Assembly (NCBI GenBank): GCA_000002435.2
Contig: CM018793.1
Source of the DNA: Giardia intestinalis
Taxonomy: Eukaryota
Strand: one strand, 5' to 3'
DNA length: 64,000 nt
The stretch's first letter is position 1. Every line of letters starts with the position of its first letter. The notes under the pieces were generated by a model. The model was not told the DNA's origin and did not search any database. It saw only the letters and a list, made by a program, of their open reading frames with translations. The translations under genes were made by a program, and so were the position numbers. Of the stretch, positions 57,652 through 64,000 are shown piece by piece.

Positions 57652-59163
57652 ATGCTATTGCTACTGCTAGTTTCCGTGGCTTTGGCATGTTATACTAGAA
57701 CCCCCTTCACTGAGGAACCCAGTCATGGAATGGGGGTACGCTTCACCCAGCGTGGATTGGAGAAGTTTTGTCAGAAAGGTTATGCTATTATTCCTGATAT
57801 CATTGCTGCGATGTCTCCCTTCCAAATCCCAGAAATAACCGTCGGAACCCTTAAGTTTATCCTCTCCAACGTGAAGCCCCGCGCAGTGCGTGTTTCAACC
57901 ATGAAGGTCTACTTGCAAGATAACAACTTTGTCAAGATGGAGGCCCGGGACGGACTCATGCAGCTCTCGATGCGACTCGAGGCAACCATCACCGGGATCA
58001 CCGGGACCGTCGACTGCACCTTCACCCTCAAGGACTTCGGGGCAGACATCTCCCTGAGGCTCGGGGATGACTCCACCTGTCCCTACCACTTTGGGCTCTC
58101 CGAGATATCGAACGTCGTGTACTCGTCTGGGCTCGACATCGATGCCATCGGACTCGACACAGGCGGATCTGTCCTTGCAACTGCCATCCAGGGCATGGCG
58201 CCCACGTTGGAGACCTTAATAAAGGACACCGTACTGCAGTTCCTTATGGACACCATCTTTAAGTCGATAAAGCAGTCGATGCTGAACTTGCCGTTAGTTC
58301 ACCAGCTACGTGACTACTTCACCGACCAGCGCTACATCAACGGGATAAATGTCATCGACAAGAAAATTGTAACCAATCAAGGCGGGCTTACAATGATTGC
58401 TGATGAAATAAGCTTTACGCCTATACTCTCCTATCCAGTTGGAATTTCATCTCCTCCTCCAAAGGCAGTCTACACCGACAGGGACTATGAGCTCTACTTT
58501 GACAGAGAGTCTTTTAACTCTTACTTATACATCTGGCATACGAAGTATGACAAGTTCAAGGCAGACGGTCTCACTGTCCCGTACAGCACCATCAGGGCGC
58601 AAAACATACCCGGCCTTGCAGAGGCCCTTGTGGAGGCCGGACTACTAAGCAGTGTTAGCGATCTTGGACTCGGGGTCACTCTGGCTCTGTCGGTCAGCCC
58701 CTCCAAGGACACTGCTCCCCACATACCGTGGATCGGGGCGGCTGCACTACCGGTCAACCTCACGGGGGCACTTTCTGTGACGGCCAGTAAGAGTTCCACC
58801 TCTGCTTCTAAACTGTTGGTTAGTGCAGAAGGCAATGTGCTCTTCTCTGCTCGACCTCGACTGAGAAAGCACACGTATGGGTTTAACAACGACCAAGCCC
58901 GTGCATACTTGGAACTCACTGAGCTAGCTAATATCACCATAACTAAGGAGGATAGAGAAGGCATGCATGAGTCCGAGCCCCTGCTGAAGTATCTAGTTCT
59001 AAACAAGTACTTCCCTTTCGTCAACGGCATTCTCATTGACCCAGGAGTATGCCTCATGAACGGGAACTTCATTGATCTTGCTAGCGTCAATCCTGTTCAG
59101 TTGTGCGATGAGGACAGGGTGCTTTTCGTCGCCGATATCGAGAAGAATCACTACTTTGCCTGA
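57652..59163 (+). CDS. Secreted protein with a BPI/LBP/CETP-like (TULIP) N-terminal lipid-binding domain (503 aa)
   Basis: Signal peptide MLLLLLVSVALA. After it, GMGVRFTQRGLEKFCQKGYAI and the following beta-rich pattern parallel the BPI N-domain (GVVVRISQKGLDYASQQG...). Functional call by inference. Confidence 0.6.
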   Translation: MLLLLLVSVALACYTRTPFTEEPSHGMGVRFTQRGLEKFCQKGYAIIPDIIAAMSPFQIPEITVGTLKFILSNVKPRAVRVSTMKVYLQDNNFVKMEARDGLMQLSMRLEATITGITGTVDCTFTLKDFGADISLRLGDDSTCPYHFGLSEISNVVYSSGLDIDAIGLDTGGSVLATAIQGMAPTLETLIKDTVLQFLMDTIFKSIKQSMLNLPLVHQLRDYFTDQRYINGINVIDKKIVTNQGGLTMIADEISFTPILSYPVGISSPPPKAVYTDRDYELYFDRESFNSYLYIWHTKYDKFKADGLTVPYSTIRAQNIPGLAEALVEAGLLSSVSDLGLGVTLALSVSPSKDTAPHIPWIGAAALPVNLTGALSVTASKSSTSASKLLVSAEGNVLFSARPRLRKHTYGFNNDQARAYLELTELANITITKEDREGMHESEPLLKYLVLNKYFPFVNGILIDPGVCLMNGNFIDLASVNPVQLCDEDRVLFVADIEKNHYFA

Positions 59164-59313
59164 CATCTATCACTTACAGGAGTCTCACGTTTGCCTTAAG
59201 ACAGCTGTCTCTAGTGGAGATAGTATGAATCTAGCAGTGCTTGTTCACTGCTGTGGTTTAATATTGATTATGAAACTACGTTGTTTATAGCAACAGGCAT
59301 GCGATAATTAATA

Positions 59314-61374
59314 TTATATATCGCTTAATTCTGTAGCAATATATAACGTTATGTTTGCTGCTTTAACAGCAATTGTAAATATGATTTCATTGGGAAATGA
59401 GTATGCCAGCAAGCTCTTTGGACTGAGTACTAACTGGTTCGGCTGTTCGCTAACAGAGTGAGAGCTATGAACGATGGAGTATGATCCATATTGATTGAGA
59501 CGCGCTCGATGAATGCCGTACCCAAGTCTTAGATACCGTTTGAGCTCCAAAGCAACCAAGCTAGTATCCTGTGGGGGTGGGCAACTACCTAATTCTGGGC
59601 ACCGAGCAAGAAGAGCTCTAGACAGCTGCTCCACCAGATCGCTGCAGTACTGCATGAGGTGGTGGGGAACGCCATGTACATGACACCAGTCTGCCTTGTA
59701 TTCTGCTTTTAGATAGGAATTGTAGAGGACTAGAAATGCTAGGTGGTCACTTCGAAGAGGCTGTACAATCGCTTTTTCACTAGCGCTCCACTGGATAGAA
59801 ATGTCTGTGTTAATGAAGGTCTCAATGCACGAGATGATGACAATCAACTCCTTGTATACACTCAGTGCCAATGCATTATTGTGCCTGGCATCTAAAATGA
59901 CTTCTGCCAGCATGCGACCGTGTTGAAACATGACCGAAAACTCAAACGTCAGAGCACCAGCTTCTGTCAGATTACCATTGGCATCGACTATAGAGAGGGC
60001 ATAGAGCTCATCATAGGCTGCCGCGAGGTTGCATAGAGAAGGTGGCGAAAGAAATGGAAAGGTTCGGAGCTTAAATCCATTGGCAGTCAACCACAGTAAA
60101 AGGCTTTCACTGCGAGCCCGGCAGATTTCTGCCTCAGTCGCTGCAGGCATTTGAAGGTACATATTCCTTGTGTATAGCCTATAGCATTGACCTGGCCCCT
60201 CACGGCCCGCTCTGCCCTTTCGCTGATCAGCCTGTTCACGGGAGCACAAGCACGTTTCCAAGGCCGTCATGTGTAGTGCTGGGTAGTAGCGGGAGACGCG
60301 AGATAGCCCCAAATCAATGACAATGCGTATTCCCGGAATCGTAAGCGATGTTTCCGCTATGTTTGTTGCCAGGACAATTTTCCTTTTGCAATCTACAGGC
60401 TTTTGCAGATTGGTTTTAAAGTGTAAACAACTATTTTGCTCTGTCAGTGGAAGAAATGAGTGCAACTTGAATAAGGCCACCGATTCCCTGCCTCTGCCAA
60501 CAGATCCTTGGTCCATAGACAATCGTGGGTCCTCCAATTCTTTGGTGATCAGCTTAAAAGCTTTGTTGATTTCTGCTTGCCCAGGAAGGAAGACAAGTAC
60601 CCCAGCAGTTAACGGCTCGGTCTCATGCAAGTGCCTGACAAGCCGAGCCAAAACACTGAATTGGTCAGGGGCCAATAGGGTACTGTTAAGGCTATCAATG
60701 TAATTGACGCGTATTTGATGTAATCTGCCTGGGATGTGTACGCGCAGCATGGACTGGCCTCCGAAGAAACGACGAAAAGTCTTATAGCATGCAGTGGCAG
60801 ACATGAGAACAAGCTTTGTGCGCTGAAAAAGACTGGGGCGTGTTGCAAACAACCCACATATAAGATCTAGAGACACTGATCGCTCATGGACCTCGTCAAG
60901 TATCAACACCCCTATAGAGGACAGGAAGGCACCTCCTGGACGCACCCAATTGAGTAGAATCCCTTCTGTGACGTACAAGATGCGAGTGTACCGGGACCGA
61001 CACTGACTGAGTCGAACCTCGTATCCTACAGTGTGTCCCAGGTTCTCACCCATCATAGCAGCAACGTACCGCGCTAAGGATACGGCGGCAATGCGGCGGG
61101 GCTGGACCACAACGACCAATGATTGGGGCGAGTTGCTTAGATTGCCTCGAACTTTGACAATATCGGCCAGATGAGTACTGAGGAGTTGAGGAATCCGAGT
61201 GGATTTTCCAGAACCTGTCTCTGCGTGAATAAAGGTTATATCGTTGCTCATGATAGAGCTTAAGATGGAAGTAAAATATAACTCTACAGGAAGTGAGGGA
61301 GGAGAAGCCTCCTGACCCTCCAGTCTCTTTCGACAAGGCTCCTGGAGAGCCGGCCGAGAGTGTTTCTCTACCAT
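59314..61374 (-). CDS. DEAH-box ATP-dependent RNA helicase (686 aa)
   Basis: ETGSGKSTRIPQ, ILDEVHERS, SATA, FLPGQAEI, ATNIAETSLTIPGI, QRKGRAGR. Confidence 0.9.
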   Translation of the reverse strand: MVEKHSRPALQEPCRKRLEGQEASPPSLPVELYFTSILSSIMSNDITFIHAETGSGKSTRIPQLLSTHLADIVKVRGNLSNSPQSLVVVVQPRRIAAVSLARYVAAMMGENLGHTVGYEVRLSQCRSRYTRILYVTEGILLNWVRPGGAFLSSIGVLILDEVHERSVSLDLICGLFATRPSLFQRTKLVLMSATACYKTFRRFFGGQSMLRVHIPGRLHQIRVNYIDSLNSTLLAPDQFSVLARLVRHLHETEPLTAGVLVFLPGQAEINKAFKLITKELEDPRLSMDQGSVGRGRESVALFKLHSFLPLTEQNSCLHFKTNLQKPVDCKRKIVLATNIAETSLTIPGIRIVIDLGLSRVSRYYPALHMTALETCLCSREQADQRKGRAGREGPGQCYRLYTRNMYLQMPAATEAEICRARSESLLLWLTANGFKLRTFPFLSPPSLCNLAAAYDELYALSIVDANGNLTEAGALTFEFSVMFQHGRMLAEVILDARHNNALALSVYKELIVIISCIETFINTDISIQWSASEKAIVQPLRSDHLAFLVLYNSYLKAEYKADWCHVHGVPHHLMQYCSDLVEQLSRALLARCPELGSCPPPQDTSLVALELKRYLRLGYGIHRARLNQYGSYSIVHSSHSVSEQPNQLVLSPKSLLAYSFPNEIIFTIAVKAANITLYIATELSDI

Positions 61375-61401
61375 TTAAATACTTTAAATAATTCAGGAAC
61401 A

Positions 61402-61971
61402 ATGCCTCGCATAGAGCATTGCTCATTCTGCTCCAAGCCGGTGTACCCAGGCAAGGGGATATGCTTTGTGAGAAATGACAGCAGGGTTTTCCGCTTCTGC
61501 ACAAGCAAGTGCCACAGGAATTTTAAGATGAAGCGTAACCCTAGAAAGGTTCGCTGGACAAAGACGTATCGTTTACTGCACAACAAGGACATGGCCACCG
61601 ACACCACGTATGACTTTGAGAGAAGACGGAACCGAGCCGTTAAATATGATCGTAACCTTTGGGAGAAGGCCGTGCATGTGATAGACCGTGTAACGGAGAT
61701 TCAATACGCCAGGACAAAGCGTCATATCAACAGCAGGAAGCGTGAACACGCACTTAAGATGCTCGCGACTAAAAGTGCCCAGAAGCATGGATTCAGCGCA
61801 ACAATGGACTTCAACTCGGTAGACCCGCTTCAGATGGCTGCGGTGGAGAAGGTGAGAATGAAGAAGAAGATCAAGGAGCGTCCATATCGCCCTATTCTCC
61901 GCCAAAAGGAGATCGAGGCGCGTGAGCGATTGAAGGCGGTCGTAGATAGCGAGGTTAAACAGCCGGTATGA
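61402..61971 (+). CDS. RLP24: Ribosome biogenesis protein RLP24 (L24e-like, 189 aa; the ORF track begins at 61360 but the conserved protein starts at MPRIEHCSFCS)
   Basis: IEHCSFCSKPVYPGKGICFVRNDSRVFRFCTSKCHRNFKMKRNPRKVRWTK and FERRRNRAVKYDRNLW match the RLP24/L24e N-terminal zinc-binding and TRASH-like region. Confidence 0.85.
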   Translation: MPRIEHCSFCSKPVYPGKGICFVRNDSRVFRFCTSKCHRNFKMKRNPRKVRWTKTYRLLHNKDMATDTTYDFERRRNRAVKYDRNLWEKAVHVIDRVTEIQYARTKRHINSRKREHALKMLATKSAQKHGFSATMDFNSVDPLQMAAVEKVRMKKKIKERPYRPILRQKEIEARERLKAVVDSEVKQPV

Positions 61972-61998
61972 CTTCCCTTCTTATCACACAGAAACCCG

Positions 61999-62005
61999 AG
62001 TAAAC
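61999..62005 (+). promoter_or_regulatory. Putative poly(A) signal AGTAAAC about 28 nt after the RLP24 stop
   Basis: Matches the AGTRAAY consensus. Confidence 0.4.
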
Positions 62006-62098
62006 ACAATAATATAGTTCTATATAGTGCTTGATAGCGCCTGAGTTGGTGATTCTGGGCACAGGCGTTGATCTGGGATCTTAAAATTTCTTCTTTCC

Positions 62099-63643
62099 TT
62101 GGGCTTTCTACTGGGCTTGATGCCTCCCAAAGAGTCAGTCAAGCCGAAGAAGAAGCCTGAACCGCCACCACCGCAGTATTTTGATGATCGAGGAGCCCCA
62201 TGTGACTTTGAGAAGTGGATGGGCAATCTCAAGAAGAAGTATATCATGTTCTGCAAAGCCAATAATGAGTCTCCACCGATGTCCCAGCTGCTGGCCAAAA
62301 TCAAAGCTGCGCTGGAAGAGGAAAAGGAGTTCACCACTCTCGGGCTCAGTGGCTTAGACATCAACGGGGCTCACATACTACCCCTGGTTCAGTTTATGCA
62401 GGTCTATGGAAAAATCCAGCGACTTGCTTTTTGGAACACCAATCTTGGAAATGATGGCTTAACCTCGCTGTCTTCCCTTTTGCCTGGAAATAAAGTTCTT
62501 AAGCATCTCACGATATCTAATTCTAACGTTACCGAAGAGGGATATGGAGCGTTGTTCCATGCACTCCCTTATTCAGCTCTCTCGACCCTAAGTTTTGAGC
62601 ATTCTCCCATGAACTCTGCGGTGCTTTCACGCCTGGGGGTAGCTATTGAGAAGTGTACCAGTCTGGCGCGGCAACAAGCAAGTGCAGCTATCGAAGAGTC
62701 TCTAGCACTCTATCTTGCAGAACAGGAGAAACTAAAGGCAGAGGCAGAAGCCAAAAAGGGTAAGAAGGGTAAGAAAGGAAAAAAAGGGAAAAAGGGCGGC
62801 AAGGGAAAGAAGGGGAAAGCGCTCCTTACTCACGAGAAGCCCATCAGCGAGGTGTTTAACGAATTCTTCACACTGAGGGAATTGAATCTAGGATATTGCG
62901 GAATAGATCCATTACTAGCCCCCTCTCTTAGCATCTTAGTCGAGAAAAGTTGCAAATTTATCCCCACACTGATACTGAGAGGCAATCCCTTTGGTGCGTT
63001 TGGTTTGGGTGAGATAGGGGCAGGCCTTTGTCGCGCAGCAATAGACCTAAGTCAAGACGAGGCATCACTGGCCTCCTTGACTGCTGCCCAGCCATGCAAT
63101 ACTGCATCGGGGAACCTGCCACCATCTGCATCAAAAGAATCAGTACAATCAGAGAAGCCTGAGAGTGCTGCCGATCAACCAGTTACTCAGGTCGAAAACA
63201 CGGGTGACGAGGGCCTGGAAGCTAAGCCTCCGATAGTAGAAGCACCAGTCGAAGATGTATACGTTCCCCTTGAGCCTATTGGCTGCCCTTTAATCCAGCT
63301 TCAGGTCTTGGATCTTTCCAATTGCTCTATCTACGAAGCGCTCCCAGACTCCTATGCAAGCTTTGGGGACGGGGTCATTGCATGCGCAAATCTATCAACA
63401 GTTCATCTTAAGGACAATCTTTTTACAGATGCAGAGCTCCAATGGATGAGCCCCGGGCTTCTTCTGCAGCGAAGCCTTATTGTATGTACTCTTCCAACAA
63501 CCCTATCCAAAGAACGCGTTGCAGAACACTATCTTGTATTCAAGGAGCATAAAAAAATCCTTGATGAAGACGCCAAGCGGCGTAAAGGAAAGAAAGGGAA
63601 AAAAGGCAAGAAAGGCAAGAAGGGGACTAAGGGCAAGAAGTAA
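62099..63643 (+). CDS. Leucine-rich-repeat (RNI-like) protein with two Lys/Gly-rich KGKKG repeat tracts (514 aa)
   Basis: LRR units (LGLSGLDINGAHILPL, LTISNSNVTEEGYGALFHAL, LDLSNCSIYEAL). (KGKKG)n tracts at about 62757..62820 and 63583..63640. Confidence 0.7.
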   Translation: MGFLLGLMPPKESVKPKKKPEPPPPQYFDDRGAPCDFEKWMGNLKKKYIMFCKANNESPPMSQLLAKIKAALEEEKEFTTLGLSGLDINGAHILPLVQFMQVYGKIQRLAFWNTNLGNDGLTSLSSLLPGNKVLKHLTISNSNVTEEGYGALFHALPYSALSTLSFEHSPMNSAVLSRLGVAIEKCTSLARQQASAAIEESLALYLAEQEKLKAEAEAKKGKKGKKGKKGKKGGKGKKGKALLTHEKPISEVFNEFFTLRELNLGYCGIDPLLAPSLSILVEKSCKFIPTLILRGNPFGAFGLGEIGAGLCRAAIDLSQDEASLASLTAAQPCNTASGNLPPSASKESVQSEKPESAADQPVTQVENTGDEGLEAKPPIVEAPVEDVYVPLEPIGCPLIQLQVLDLSNCSIYEALPDSYASFGDGVIACANLSTVHLKDNLFTDAELQWMSPGLLLQRSLIVCTLPTTLSKERVAEHYLVFKEHKKILDEDAKRRKGKKGKKGKKGKKGTKGKK

Positions 63644-63716
63644 ATATGTAGTAGCGCAGCGGCGTCCTACGTTTTTACGGAGCAGTGCCTGTGCATCCTC
63701 GCAGCGGCGATTAAAA

Positions 63717-64000
63717 AATGAATTACTCTCAATACACTGCCTTAAACGAGGACGCAGTATCAGAATTATTTAAGCGAAGGCTTGAAGAGCTACAGAGGAG
63801 TTGCAGGCGCAGCTACCGGCAACCTATTGTCGGCCATAGACAGCTGGATATGTATCAACTGTTCAGGGCTGTGCAGGCCCGGGGAGGAGCCAAGAATGTC
63901 ACACAGTGGAAGGAAATAGGTAAGAAGCTGGGTCTTCCAGCCAGTGTCACCAATGCTGGGTATACTCTTCGTACCAAGTATGAGTCGTATATTCTTCCAT
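63717..64000 (+). CDS. ARID/BRIGHT-domain protein, 5' part only (runs off the window end)
   Basis: ATG at 63717, then IVGHRQLDMYQLFRAVQARGGAKNVTQWKEIGKKLGLPASVTNAGYTLRTKYESYILP, which fits the ARID consensus (LDL..LY..V...GG...V...W.......TSA...L...Y..YL). Open to position 64000. Confidence 0.6.

Noticed and set aside
1-64000. Prokaryotic-type systems (CRISPR arrays, restriction-modification, toxin-antitoxin, operons)
   Set aside because: - The sequence is eukaryotic (Giardia).
- There are no direct-repeat/spacer arrays or bacterial gene architectures.
- All genes have eukaryotic homologues and AGTRAAY poly(A) signals.

Overview
This window is eukaryotic, not prokaryotic, and is almost certainly Giardia lamblia (Giardia intestinalis) nuclear DNA. 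The supporting evidence is:
- A cysteine-rich surface protein at 15699..16292 (-) ends in the VSP-specific CRGKA tail.
- There are many 'Protein 21.1'-type ankyrin-repeat genes with the recurrent (G/N)xTALM repeat signature, and an expansion of NEK-like kinases and pseudokinases.
- Genes are compact and intronless, with AGTRAAY-type poly(A) signals 10-30 nt after stops and short AT-rich initiator regions.
- A cyanobacterial-type glucose-6-phosphate isomerase (GPI) is present.

The right two-thirds of the window (about 12.4-64 kb) is ordinary, densely packed core genome. It contains the RNA polymerase I largest subunit, an MCM helicase, DEAD- and DEAH-box helicases, the PKA regulatory subunit, GSK3, GPI, a PP2A B'' subunit, RLP24, an ARID protein, several 21.1 ankyrin and NEK genes, and one small VSP.

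The left 12.3 kb is gene-poor and rearranged. It contains:
- a perfect inverted repeat of at least 1.41 kb (1..1414 vs 3463..4876) flanking a 2.05 kb spacer that carries one 21.1 ankyrin gene;
- about 1.7 kb of GC-rich DNA with no convincing genes;
- a kinase fragment and a tRNA-Asp(GTC);
- a compositionally anomalous 1 kb AT-rich island;
- a frameshifted, dead non-LTR retrotransposon of the GilD/GENIE type, with RT motifs 0/1, A, B' and YADD and an R2-like PD..D..K endonuclease.

A conserved 34-nt element (about 31/34 identities) occurs at the inner ends of both inverted-repeat arms and again at the junction between the dead retrotransposon and the next 21.1 gene.

No prokaryotic-style defense or CRISPR system is present. 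The unusual material is the inverted-repeat cassette, the conserved junction element and the retroelement graveyard.
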